64,000 nucleotides of DNA from Camelus ferus (GCF_009834535.1 NC_045697.1:29886001-29950000), one strand, 5' to 3'; positions 12,501 to 25,452 are shown, counted from the stretch's first letter. Numbers and translations are program-made. The notes: generated by a model from the sequence alone, not told the origin.

Positions 12501-12772
12501 TGAGGGGTGGGAAGGGACAGACTGGGATTTCAAATTTGTAGATACTGATAGACATATGCAGAATAGATAAACAAGATTGTATTGTATAGCACAGGGAAAT
12601 ATATATAAGATCTTGTGGCAGCTTTCAGCAAAAAACATGTGACAATGAATATATGTATGTTCATGTATAACTGAAAAATTGTGCTCTACACTGGAATTTG
12701 ACACAACATTGTAAAATGACTATAACTCAGTAAAAAAATGTAAAAAGAAAGAAACTTATATACCAAGAAAAA
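12501..12772 (+). mobile_element. Young 5'-truncated L1 3' end
   Basis: L1 3'UTR ending ...acaacattgtaaaatgactataactc plus A-rich tail; perfect 14-bp TSD AAGATATTATTTCT at 12487-12500 and 12773-12786. Confidence 0.92.
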
Positions 12773-15344
12773 AAGATATTATTTCTGTCTATTTAATAAA
12801 TAAGAACATTGGAGAGTAGGGAGTGAAGTTCAGTAACTTTGTCCAGATACTCAATTCTGGTTAATAATTGAACCAGGTTTAGAACTCAGTTCTTTCAGAG
12901 CTGCAGAGAAGCTCTCTGGGAACATCATGCAAGGGCGTGGTTTGGTACCAAAAGGTAACAGGTAGAAATCTACATCCAGAGCAAGCTTTCAGGATCTCAA
13001 AAGTCCTGTATTGTAGCAACTTACTGATACGATGCTTCCTAGAAATCATATGAAAACAGTTGTCACTGCATGACTAAATGATCCACTCATCCTTACTGCT
13101 GAAGACTTTGACTCCTTAAGAAGTGACCAATACACTGTATTTACTCTACTTTGAACGGTGTAGGCAGTCATCAATTCATTTATGGTTTGTTTAGTAAAAT
13201 TCAGTTGTTCTAATTTCTTTTGATGGGAAAGGTCACAGAGCCACAAGAAAACCTTTTGTTTTTCTGGTAAAAAAATACCTTCTGAGTTCTACATTAGGAT
13301 TCCAGGGATCCTGGTTCTGTCGTTGGAGGTGACATCAGTGGGGGAGCTTTGAGCCTCTTGTTTCCTCACCTCGCTCTGGGTTCCTGGACACTAGGCCTGT
13401 TCATTCTTTGCACTTGTCCATGGGGGTGGCACCACTGGACAGTGGGCACACCTCCAGGGCACTTCTCCTTGAGCTGTTCTGACCTGGGAAAGGTGGGCTA
13501 TGGCCTACGCTGGCAGACTGGGATCGCAGGCTGCCCAGGGGCCTGCTCACCAGCCTGGATCACTCAGAAATAATACCCATATGTTGGGGACCGCTTGTGT
13601 TAAGAATAATCTTTGTGAGCCAGTTAATACCGCGAGAGATTTTTTCCTAACATTGTCATTGTGCTATTTGCAGCACAAGTTCCAGCAAAACAACCTTTCC
13701 ATTTTATCATCGGGATTGTAGAGGCAGCATGTAAAGTAATTAAAATCATGGCGCCAGGGCAATCTGTGTGAGATGCTGTCAGAACTGGAAGTGGAATTCA
13801 GACATTCCTAAATTTCTGTGCGTATGCTTCAGTCACACCCAGGGAACTTTAATATGTTTTTCAGGGCTTTGTTTGCGGAGGATGGGAAACGTGGATTTGG
13901 TCAGTGTCTAGGTATATATTGGAAATGTGGCGCTGGTAGAAAAAAATTCACTGAGGAGATATAAAGTGGAAAATGAGGGTAAAAAGATACGGTTTCTAGC
14001 TGGTCTTCCGCACTTCCAGCTGAAAGGTGAATTCTTTAATCTAAACTGAAATCCATCTCCAGAGTCCCCTAGGTAACGTGTCAAATACTGTCACGGAGCT
14101 TGGATCCCTTTAGTTACGCTCTGTTATTTCTGAACGTGAGCCTGACACGAAAATCTTCTCTTAAGAAGGATTCCCAGAAGGGCTACTGTAGCTGTGCTCA
14201 TGCTTTAGAATAAAAGTAAATCCGTTTCTCACTTAAACACACACACACATATACACACAAAAAGCTTAGTTCGTGTCCATGAAAAATATCTTTGCATGTC
14301 TAGACAGTAGTGCTGATCAGTTGCTTTTCATAAGGAAAGAATACAGAAAAACTATTATTCTCCCCCAGAAACCTTGTAAGGTCCTACGTGACCCAAGTGA
14401 CCTCTCGCTCAACTAGTGAAACAGGAGCCAGAAGTGTGTAAGGAGCCTGAGCTTGACGGCTGATGTTATAAATCAGTCCCGGCATTGTGGACCTTTCCTG
14501 TTCAGAGCCCCTGAAAGACTGTTGCTGATTGTCCTGTAGACTGAGGGTGAAAAAACTTCAGAACCAGTGTGAGTGGTGTCACTGACAGATTGTTAGATTT
14601 CCACTCAGATGGCATTTATAACTAGTAGAAAGGAAACTCTGTAATGTAATTAACTTACAAAAAGGAAGGAAGCATTAAAGCACAATTTTACAGGCAAAAA
14701 TGGCATAGAAGGATCAAAAGGGAATGTTTATTCACTATCTGCTTTTCCAGATATTGTGCTCGGGGTGTTGCTGATGGGCTTTGCAATAATGAGAAAAGGA
14801 TTTTGTTTTTGTTTTGCATTTACAGAGTGGCCAGAATGGCCTGATGCCTGCTGGGGGGAAGGTATCGATGTGTTTCTGTCTATTTTCCACATAAATTAAA
14901 TTTTTTTCTCCTATTCTCCAGGACATCTTTCTCCATGCATGTTAATGACTGTAAGTCATCAAAGGCATCTGGAAAGCTGTTTTTAGGTCTTCAGCTGTTG
15001 TTGGATGGAGTTGAGAAATTTTTGCTTTCACAGCGGCCCAAAGTGAGTTGTCACATGTGGTTAAGTCCGAACCCTAAAGCGACTGCAGGGTCCAGTCCTG
15101 TGAAGTCCATTATGTGCAGAATTTGTGGCCAAAATATATTCTACCTGGGGTATGAGAAGATGCTGGGACACTTACTGTATTATCACAGGAGAGCTGTTGC
15201 CCAAAGCAGCTATGGGTTTTTTCACACAGCTGTGGAACAAACCACATCCGAAACATGTTCTGTGTGTGATTGACCTTTGTATTGAACACATATTGAAATT
15301 GTCACCATTGCACATGGGGAAAGAGAGGCTCATTTAACAGAAAC

Positions 15345-15478
15345 ACAGCCTCCTGCATCCTGATCTGCTCAGATAAGAGGAGGGAGGTTCAAAGAGGTTA
15401 AGTAAGTGACCAGGGAAGTCGTAGAGCAAGAGGGCTCATTCCTGGGTTTGACTGACGCCAATGCCTGTGCTCCTATTG
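15345..15478 (-). mobile_element. MIR fragment
   Basis: cagataagagg..gaggttcaaagaggttaagtaagtgacc. Confidence 0.65.
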
Positions 15479-15838
15479 CAGGATTTCGCAGACTTTGGTG
15501 GTGAAAGACTTAAGTTTTCGTTTTTCATTTTGTTTGATTTTGTTTTAAATTTCCAATCCATTGTAATATTGTACACATTATACCTTCTATTACACCTTGA
15601 AATACTGACTGTACCTGATTAGTACACAACTCGCATCACATGCAACTCACCCAGGCTACGAGTAACACGTAAACCAACTGACATGTTGTTCAACAAGACG
15701 AGTCCTCTATCATGTGCTTGGATAGGGTGTCCACGTCAAATGGCTGCACAATTTCTAAGCGCTTATCCTCAATTCCTGTGCCTGATGACATCAGGCACTG
15801 GTAAGGATGAATTCACAGATGCACTTTGAGGAGTGCTG
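15478..15838. mobile_element. hAT-Charlie MITE (Charlie4-like)
   Basis: atttctaagcgcttatcctcaattcctg...cactttgaggagtgctg terminal region. Confidence 0.55.
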
Positions 15839-18425
15839 CTTTGATGTGAGGCTCAGGGGAGCGTATGTCCAGAAAAAGCCAGACTCTGACTACGGAGGAG
15901 ACATTGGGAGTAAAGGTGAATACGTGGAAGATGGAGCCTTCAGCTGGCAGATGCTATGGTTTTCCTTACAGTCTCCAGTCTACCCAGGTTATTGCTCTCA
16001 AGTCAGATGAGCAAACTCCTCTGCAAGAGAGACACCAAGAGATTTCTAACACCTACAGCAAAATTTACACGTGGGAGTGGGGACAGGGAGATTCCAAAAG
16101 GGGAGGACAACAAAACACTCATCCTTGCAGCAGTTTCTCCCAGAGTCCTTGCTAATCACTTGGCAATCTGTTCAGCTCATGTGTTGAGCATCTCTTGGGC
16201 ACTTGCACCCTGGTAGACGTTTCATGATTAAGGTATTATTTCTGTACATTGTAGTTTACTGCTGCTGGAGGAAGGGAAGAAGTAAGAAGACACTTATAAA
16301 ATATCATTAAATAAACTTTAGTATTAAGTTTGTTATTAATTGATCCTCTATAAGTTAACAATTTTAAGAAAATGTTTGATGCTTAATTATTTCCTTTATA
16401 CGCAATTAAACATGGTATTTGTAGTAATTTTATTTTTTAAGGCTATCAATCAGAAAATAGCATCTAATTAGAACAATATTTCTATGGGAAAATCACATCT
16501 TGCCGAAATATCTTTTGACTTCAACACTTTCCTCAAGAATAAAACCTATCAGACAGAAGTGTGAAAACTGCCTGTACTTAGGAGAATAATTTGTTATGTA
16601 AGCCAGTACTGGCTAAATGGTGCAATATGGTACCTTTTGGGTTCCTTTGGCCCAAGACATCATAAACAATCTTCTAGAATTTTAGCATCTGCAACATAAA
16701 GAAAAAAAATACCACTGCCTATCTTTGGTAATACGAGCAGACCTAATTCTATGGTGAACAAGTATAAAAAAAATTTTTTGACACTCTCAAAAGCCTTGAC
16801 AATGATGCCGAATGTGAAGTGGCAGAATAAGAAGTTTGGTCTTCGGTCTTTGACTCTCATTGTTCATAGATTCTTTCTCTTCATATTAGATTTCAGTTCT
16901 GTCTCATGGTTTGGAGGTCAGTTTCACTTGGTGCTGCAGGTAAAGGTGTTAATGAGGTCAGTCCCTCTTCCTACCACTTCTTTGCCTTGAAAAGTCAAGG
17001 ATGACTTCAATTACTGGGGATTCTTGATTCAGCTAATCTCTTGCATTGAAATAAATCTATCTGGAGAGAGTATGGAAATGTATATCCAAATTATTATAGA
17101 AATTAATAAAAATGAAATTTGCTTTAGTTTTAATGAAAAATGGAAATTGAATAGGTTCTTTATAAATAAAATCTATCAGTAGTATCTTAAGTAAAGATCT
17201 AAATAATACATTTAAAAAATGCTGGTATTTGTTGTAGATTCCTGGGCTCGATTCTCTCTTGCTCTGTTTTTGAATTTCCAAAGAGAAGGACTTAAATACT
17301 TAGTGTGTGCTGTGTCTTAAGTCTGTGATTTTTTCTCTCTCTGGTAAAGGCATCATTGTGCCTCGGTTTTTAATATGAGGGAAAATGAAGGTGGGAGTGG
17401 AATTTGTATTAAATATTTGGAATTTTTTTTCCTCCCCACCCCCAACATCTAAAATATGCATGGGACTTGGAAAACAAATTAGAAGCAGAGTCTTTCACCG
17501 ATATTTTAAAAATGCATTTCTAAATGGTGAAGCGTTCTGATTTCTGAATAGTGCTATTTCACTTAGGAGCTTACGTTGCCAAGTGATATGCAATAATCTC
17601 TATTTTTCTTTTCCTTGGGTTTTATTTTGACTTCCTGCAGCATGAAAGACCTTTTATATGAAAAAGCTAATATTAAATGTCCACTTTGCTAATATAAACG
17701 TATTTGCTAGTATAAACCAATAATAGTACAAGCTAATTTTACATTTTGGGGGGGTGGTACCTCTGCTAAGGGAATAGAGAGTAATTAGAATCAGAAATAG
17801 TTTTGCTTCTTTGTCTCTCTCTGTCCCTAAATTCCTGGGTTAGTGGGAACATGCAGACCATACAGGAAACAAGGGTTGTGCTTCCTTCTCTTAGACATTA
17901 ATTTTAAAACGAAAGAGGACAGATGGGCCAGAACAGACCACCAAAAAGCTATTTCACAAGAGACGCAAGTTTGGCCGTTTAAAGTCATGTCTAAAATAGA
18001 CTCACTGCTGTGCACGTGTTTAGCATGTTCCCTGGTGCACACACAAGGCTCTCAGTATCTATTTGTGGAGCGAATGAGTCAAATCAGAATAACTGATTTT
18101 GGTGAGAGTTGAGAACTTTATTAGTGTGGGTCACCAGTGCTTGAAATTACCTGTATTTTCCAAACAAACTTTCTGTCCTCATTTTGGTTGACTGTGTTGA
18201 TGAGGAAAGAGACCCTAACACTCAGAAGTCCAAATACAGCTCCTCACAGAAGCATTCATGTTATAGTGATGCAACGTGAAAATCATAACAGCCTTTTTTT
18301 TCGCACCTAATCCTATTTTTATGATGTTTCTTGTACTACTTGTTTAGATACTAATGTAGCAACAACAGCTTTCTTACACTTAGAGTTAACATGATATATC
18401 TTTTTTCATAATTTTCACTTCTGAC

Positions 18426-18697
18426 TTTTTTTATTTGTTATTTTTATTGAGGTATGGTCGCTTTACAGTGTGTTAATTTCTGGTGTACATCATAGTGATT
18501 CAGCTGTTCACATGTATACATATATTCCTTTTCCTCTTCTTTTTCATTATAGGCCATTACAGGATGTTTAATATGGTTTCCCATGCTATACTTTAGGACC
18601 TTGTTGTTTATCTGTTTTATGTATAGTGGTTAGCATCTGCAAATCCCAAACTCCCACTTTATCCCTCCCCATGCCTTCCAGCCCCCTGGTAACCACA
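18426..18697 (-). mobile_element. Artiodactyl-type L1 3' end
   Basis: T-rich tail, then tttattgaggtatgg...tttcattataggccattac...cccctggtaacca; homologous to 23513 and 46633. Confidence 0.9.
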
Positions 18698-21600
18698 TAC
18701 TGGCTTTTGATCATTTCAGCAACACCCATCTCCTTCCCCTCCTCATTCCGTTTTATCACAGGTAATTACATTATTAGACATCAGTAGTTTAACCAGGATA
18801 AACAATAATTGCTGGAAAACTACAATTTTTAATTTGGAGAAAAGAGTTGCTAAGTAAATAGAAGGGAAGAATATGAACGTGTTGTGTTTGGCGATCCTTT
18901 TTTTTTTTAATGTAACTGTTTAGCAATTCAGGAAGTGACTTAAATTTTGCCTGCCAATGTTTGATGCTGGATTTTTATCAAAGGAAGGGTCATATCATTT
19001 TTCATGTGTGTTTGGTTAGAGATTTGTTTAAATGGAAACATAAGCTAGCAAGCGACAGTCTCACCTTTGGGGAACGAGTTTCTGCGTAAAAGCTTTGTGT
19101 CTCATGCTCCAGTGGAAAGAAAAAAAGTCCTATTGGATGTCTTTTTCTGTCTGCTTTGGGAGTGCAGCAAATGTGAGCAACACAGTGAGTTCAGACCACC
19201 TGTGAGACTCCAAATTGCTTTCCTGAATGTTGAATTAAATAACAACATTTGATTATAGTATTTAAAACAAATCAAGGAATATTCAGATGAATCAATGGAT
19301 AAACAAATTTAATAGTAATATGGACCTTGATGTCATTGCAAATGGATTAATTATCCAATGAAACTGTGCTTTCATGTTGTAAAGCTTTCCAGATTTCAGG
19401 ACGCCAGGGCAGCTGTATTTTTCAAAACCTTCACATGTGATCTAAAAGCATCATTTCCTAGGAGAAATGGAGTTATGTTAATGTTCAGTATTTATAAGGA
19501 ATAGCTAAAATCTTTTCTGAAGACATCAGAAATACACCTGGTGAAGAAAAGCTCTCCTGCCAGATAAAATGGAATGTTCTGGATTAACCAAGGGAGCAGC
19601 TTGACTGAGAGAGATTCACGGAGCAGGTGCTGCTGGGTCTCTAATTCCAGCGTGCAGAGGATGTGAGGAGATTTGCCTGACCTCAAGGGCTAAGAGCTAT
19701 TAATAAAAGCAACTCAGCAATTTCCTTCTATGTTGCTTGCTTTGTTTTGAAGGATGTGCCCACATAAAACTCATTGACTCAAGGAAATGTAAGCTGACTC
19801 AGACCTAACAAAAACTGTGGAAAAGGCTGCATCTGTCAGAGAAAATTGCAGTAAGAGACAGTGCAGATAACATCTTTCTGGATAGCTATTGTCAGGGGGA
19901 CTGAAGGGGGTTGAAATGCATACAGGAGATGGCTCAGAGACCGAAGGGCTCTTCCAGTTTGTCTGAGTCTGAATAGTTCCCCAAACTTCCACACCCATTT
20001 GGTTTGGGTTCAATAGCTGGCATGTTTTCTTTGTACACAGTTCTATTTTTGATACTCCTAAACAGCCACTCGGTGATTTTTTCAGTCATATGTGTATTTT
20101 TCTATCATTCAGGGCATAATTTTGGAGGCAATTCATACTAATACATGAGCTTGACTTTCAAGATAAGCCATTGGTCCTGAAACTACTTGGTGGGTGTCTG
20201 GCCAGTTCATAACTTCTGCTTGTGGTGACTCTTCATTGCCCAACACAATGGTCTCTTTGCTTGGCAATCTACCTTTCATTAGGCAGTCAACGTCTCACAG
20301 CAACGCTCTCCTCCCCAGATAGCCCTGGGAACAGAGGCGCTAACACAACCATAAACCCTTGCCAAGTACAACAACGTGAGCTTCCATCTGCCCTGAGGAG
20401 AGGCGTCCCTTGAAACCTCAGTGCCCCCTGGGCTGACCATGAGAGCAGTGGGATTTTCAGTCTTGCTCAACACTGGGGACTTGAGCATCTGTTAGGATAA
20501 TCTTCCCTTCCCTAGTGGTTAGGGATATCATACTCATAAAAGAAATCTTCTTGTGGACTGTATTTTGCCTAAATCTGCCCATCCACAGTCTCTGTTGTGA
20601 GGACCAGACCATCAGACTGAGTGCTGGGTGATGTTGCCAACTTCTTCTGGCCTGGATGGTCTTGCTCAATTACTATGTGTTTTGCAGGTACAGATTAAGA
20701 GAATCTTCACTGTTTTTCCCATTCTTTATTAACTTGTAGGAAGCATATTGGGATCTCAAGCCTCTGATTGACGATCAGTTCATTGATTGCCAGTAAAAGG
20801 TGGGCTCATCTGATCCTGTGTCCCTCAGCACTAGTTTAGGTGGAAAATGATGGTAGTCATCTGAAGTAAGAGCCTCTGTTAGATAACCATAAAGCGGAAA
20901 GGATCAGAGGCATCTGGGAAATTTTTGTCCTTAAATTTTTTGGCAATAAATATTGCAATCAAGGCACTCTTAAGATTTTCAAGAAAAACAGTAAAAGTGG
21001 ATTGTTGCAATTAGTTCCTCCAATTAGGTATTTTTAAAAAGCATAAAAATATGTAAAGTTTTCCTGATCTATTTGTCCACTGACCTGTATCTTTCCACTG
21101 TAATTTTCAAGTAGAATTTATTTAGCCTAAAAAGGGAAATTAACTTTGTATGATGACCTGTGATTAGCGTTTCTGTGTATTCTGGGGACAGGGTAGCCAC
21201 TGACCTTGGTATCTTACTCTAATATCTGTTGGTCTTGGCAGTACCTTCATCTTCCAGGGCGCATTCCCAGAATGGTTCAGTAAAACCAATGCAATCTTTG
21301 GAGGACTTTGGTTCTTTGTGGCTGAGAAAAATATATACTAACTTAGAGGGGGTTTTATTTCCCTTATATTCTAGAGAATTGCCATTGTGGAAAGGATTAA
21401 AAGTTCAAATATAATAGAATGAAGTTTCCCTAAAGGATTCTGGTTTGAAGGCTCAGTATATTGAGTAATTGTTCTAAAAGAGATCTTTCTTGTCAAAGGG
21501 TTTGGAGGGTCACTGCCGGTCCATTTCCAAGCTGATGATGAAGGGAACAATTCTAAACTGCAGGTTCAATTGGAACTTAGTAGAGGAAAAGCCTCCATTC

Positions 21601-22761
21601 TGGCAGTCATCACTTGCTTCGGTCACAGATGAGACCTGTGAGATTTGGGCAGCATGAGGTGAAGGGTGTGCAGCAGGGGTCTGAGGGTTTACACTGGCAT
21701 TCTTGCTCTGGTTGCACTTTTGAAACCTCTGAATCTATGACTGCCTCATGCAAGTGTATATTAAAATAGATGAAAAACTAGATCCCTAATTAGTCGGGAA
21801 AGGAAGGTCATCCTCAGAGATTCATGAATACAGATAGTTAATGGAACCATAACTTTTAGAAGTCAGTATTCAGAGAACAGCATGGAAATGGCTGGAATAA
21901 AGTGAGTTTTGAATGCTGATTGCTTTATTTTCATACTAGCTAATGAGTTAATGTGCCACACATCCTCTAACCTTTCTGGAATGGTGAACAAATGGAGAGA
22001 TGTGCTGAGTAAGTGATGGAAGACAACGTGAGCTCTAAGGCAGTTAGCTGGAATTTAAAGGACTAAACCATGCGTTTATGATTAAACTAGTAAAAGCCTG
22101 TATGTAAATCTAATTGGTAATGTTTTATCTAAAGATAAGTGAGAAAACCCCTAACGTTTTTCTTGATCTTTCAAAGTTTCCTTAAAATGGAAAGTGGCTT
22201 CAGAAATTGAATTGAGAGGGAAAGGAAGAATGACATTAGTGTGTGTGTGTGTGTTTCTGAGTCGAAGATTCTGATGTGGATCAGTATAATGGAAGCATCA
22301 GAGACAAATTTGAAAGTTAAATTAATTCATTTCATTACAAGAAGGGCAAGTGCTGTGTGAGATACAGGACCTTTGGGGAAGCTGGGCTAAATATTGATTT
22401 TTGTTTCTTTAACAGGGTCACCATTTGCGTCTCTGTCTGGAAACAAGATGATTGTTAGGCAGCAAAATGCTGTTTTTATTATTATTTCAGCAATGTCAAT
22501 CCAAACTCAATGACTATGATTCATGGAATCTTCAAGGAAAACCAAATATTCTTTTTTAATAAAGCAACGGAGTTGGGATTTGCACATCTGCTCTTAAAAT
22601 CTGTTTTTTATAATATGGAACATATGTTAATAGCTATATCTTTTATTAAACTGCAGGAAAATTCTTGTCCAGTGGATTAATTCTAGATCCTGGAAATGTG
22701 GAACAACAGAGGAGAGCATATTGAGACAAATGCTCGTTTGTCTCACCTCTTACCCGCAGAG

Positions 22762-22990
22762 CAGTGCTTTCTAAACTGCTGCTTGTGACCCTTATGAGGA
22801 TAACACAGTCAAGCTAGTGGATTTTGACTAGCATTTTAAAAAAGGAAATGGAATAGAAAATAATCTCAGTACACTGACCACAGTACTGTGAACTTTGTGT
22901 CAGTGCTCTGTGTGGATATACACAGGTGTACTGATCATGATGCAGGATGATTTTTCCTGTATTCTAGAGCTTCAGCTTTGGAGGCTGCTT
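22762..22990. mobile_element. hAT-Charlie-type MITE
   Basis: cagtgctttctaaactg start; gaatagaaaataatctcagt internal segment. Confidence 0.5.
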
Positions 22991-23269
22991 TAGGCTTACC
23001 CAGACCAGAAAGTCCCACCACTTGTTGCACAGATGAGGCTGACTGGTCCAGGCTAGGGCCATGTCTGATTCAGAGGGCTTGAAGACAGCTACACTTTCCA
23101 GTCCCCTATTCTGAAGCTGCATTATACCTGCAAGTTCAGAAAGAAATGCTTTCATTTGCCAGAGTGCTCCTAGTCCTTTCTTGCTCTCTCCACGGCTTGC
23201 ACTGACCCAGGAACTAGATACAATGTTTGTAATGTCTAAGGAAGCATCATTCTTTAATTCTTTTTTTTT

Positions 23270-23440
23270 TTAAGTTTTTTTGATAATCTTTTTGAGAAAT
23301 AATCCTTTACTGTAACATATAATTCACTCATTTAAAGTATGAAAATCATGTTTGTAGTGTATTCACAGAGTTGTGCGAGCATTACTTCAATCCATTTTTG
23401 AACATTTTCACCATCTCAAAAGGAAACCCTGTAGCCATCA
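23270..23440 (-). mobile_element. Old L1MB-like 3' end
   Basis: attcactcatttaaagtatg...attcacagagttgtgc...gaacattttcaccatctcaaaaggaaaccc. Confidence 0.8.
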
Positions 23441-23512
23441 TGGTCCCACAGTCCTTCTCTTGGATTGACGGTGCCAACTCAACAGAAGCCTCGAGGAAAA
23501 AGATTAACTTCT

Positions 23513-24096
23513 TAAAAAAAATTTTTTTTTATTGAAGTATACTTGATTTACAATGTTGTGTTGGTTTCTGGAGTACTGCAAAGTGATTCAGTCATACATA
23601 TATATGTAGCTTTTCATTATAGGTCATTACAAGCTCTTGAGTATAGTTCCCTGTGCTGTACAGTGGGATCTTGTTGTTCATCTATTTTATATATAGTAGT
23701 TTGCATCTGCTAATCCCAAACTCCTAATTGATCCCTCCCACCTCTTCCCTTTAGTAACCATAAATTTGTTTTCTATGTCTATGAGTCTGTTTCTGTTTTG
23801 TAAATAAGTTCATTTGTGTCATTTTTTAAGATTCCACATATAAGTGATATCATATATTTGTCTTTCTCTGTCTGACTTACTTCACTTAGGATGATAATCT
23901 CCAGGTTCAGCCATGTTGCTGCAAATGGCATTATTTCATTCTTTTTTATGGCTGAGTAGTATTCCATTACACACACACACGCGCGCGCACACACACCACA
24001 GCTTTTTTATTCAGTCATCCATCAGTGGACATTTAGGTTGCTTCCATGTCTTGGCTATTGTAATTAGTGCTGCTGTGAACACTGGGGTGCATGTAT
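23513..24096 (-). mobile_element. 5'-truncated L1 (ORF2 C-terminus plus 3'UTR)
   Basis: Minus ORF contains MEYYSAIKKNEIMPFAATWLNLEIIILSEVSQTEKDKY, the L1 ORF2p C-terminus; imperfect TSD GGAAAAAGATTAACTTCT 23495-23512 and GGAAAAAGATTTAAGTTCT 24097-24115. Confidence 0.95.
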
Positions 24097-24130
24097 GGAA
24101 AAAGATTTAAGTTCTGCATCTAAGCTGACA

Positions 24131-24275
24131 CAGTGGTCTCCAAACTTTATGATCATTTACTTCTTCAGTTAGAAAAAGGTTTTGAGTATGTACTCCCAAT
24201 TTGTTACATAGAAATACATTTGTAAGTTACATATGTCTCTATGCTAATGTATTGTTATATTATCAAACACACACT
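24131..24275. mobile_element. hAT-Charlie-type MITE fragment
   Basis: cagtggtctccaaacttt terminal motif followed by an AT-rich body. Confidence 0.5.
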
Positions 24276-24937
24276 AATGAAGTAGAAAAGCTGTTATCTC
24301 CCCCACACACCTCTGCAGATCGTCTGGTATGCTCCCACACAGTTTTGATGCCCTTGATTGAGCATAGACAGCCCACTTTGGGTAGGACCCTGCTGACCTC
24401 TTAGTCTCTCTTTTTGCCCTCAGCACCCTCCCACCCACTTCACAAACTCCAGCTGGCTTTCTTAGATGCCAAGTTTTTGTTGTTTTTTTTTTTCTTTTTC
24501 CCCACAGTACCAACACTGAATCTTAGCTGTTCCCCATGCCTGGAATGCTCTCTCTTCCTTGTCTTTCTGGAGGACTCCTTCTAATTCCTAAAGAATATGC
24601 CCAGGTTTACCTCCCCTGCTAGTCTTAATTTCCTAAATACAGTTAGGTGTTCCTCCTTCTCCCTTCCCTTAACAGCCCATACATATTTATTATAACTTAA
24701 TAAATCTGTCTGTCTGCATCCCATGCTAGACTATAGGGATTAGACTTGTAAATTGCTTATTTTTTTTCTATTAGAAACAGTGTTGTGAAGAATCTTTCCC
24801 CCTGTATAGGAATCTCTGCACATTTCCACTTGTATTCTTAGGACAGATTGCTAGAATGTCCATGCCATTTATTGTCATAGTTTAAAAAATATCCAGAAAA
24901 ATAGGCTGGGATCAGATTGTGGAGTGACTTGACTATG

Positions 24938-25020
24938 AGACTGAAGTGATTCAAGACTGAAGTGATACCAAGACTGAAGTGATCCAAGACTGAAGTGATT
25001 CAAGACGGAAGTGATGCAAG
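24938..25020. repeat. Minisatellite, five 16-17 bp units (AGACTGAAGTGATNCA)
   Basis: Units start at 24938, 24954, 24971, 24987 and 25003. Confidence 0.97.
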
Positions 25021-25047
25021 TGTTAAGGCCTGTTTATGAGGATGCTG

Positions 25048-25452
25048 TTTATACCAGTTTGCTAGGGCTGTTGTAACAGGGTACCACAAATGGGGTGGTG
25101 TAAACAGCATAAATGCATTCTCTCACAGTTCTGGAGGCCAGAAGTCCAAAGTCAGGGTGTTGGCCTGGTTGGTTCCTTTTGAGGACTTGGAGGGAAGGAT
25201 CTGTTCTGGGCCTCTGTCCTTGGCTGCCTTCATGGCATTCTCCCATATGTGTGCCTGTGTCCAAAATTTCCCTTTTTGTAAGGAGACCAGTCAAATTGGA
25301 TTAGAGGTCTACTCTACTCCAGTATGACCTCATCTTAGCTGAACTAATTGTGTTTGTAATTATAATCTCCAAGTGAGGTCACATTCTGAAGTTCTAGGGG
25401 TTAGGATTTTAGCATATGAAGTGGAGGAGGGGGGCACAATTCAGCTCCTACG
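25048..25452 (-). mobile_element. MaLR LTR (MLT1B/C-like)
   Basis: tctcacagttctggaggccagaagtccaaa...tatgacctcatctt...ggtcacattctga...cacaattca. Confidence 0.92.

Noticed and set aside
15807..16010. 67-aa ORF with protein-like composition
   Set aside because: Starts inside a DNA transposon end; no recognised homology or convincing splice sites
22395..22420. Isolated strong splice acceptors (also near 7691, 26479 and 54070)
   Set aside because: No matching donor or open frame identified; such sites are common in T-rich introns
23779..23994. ORF with real protein similarity
   Set aside because: It is the L1 ORF2p C-terminus in a truncated retrocopy, not a host gene
24938..25020. CRISPR-like regular repeat
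   Set aside because: No spacers, 16-bp units, eukaryotic context, no cas genes
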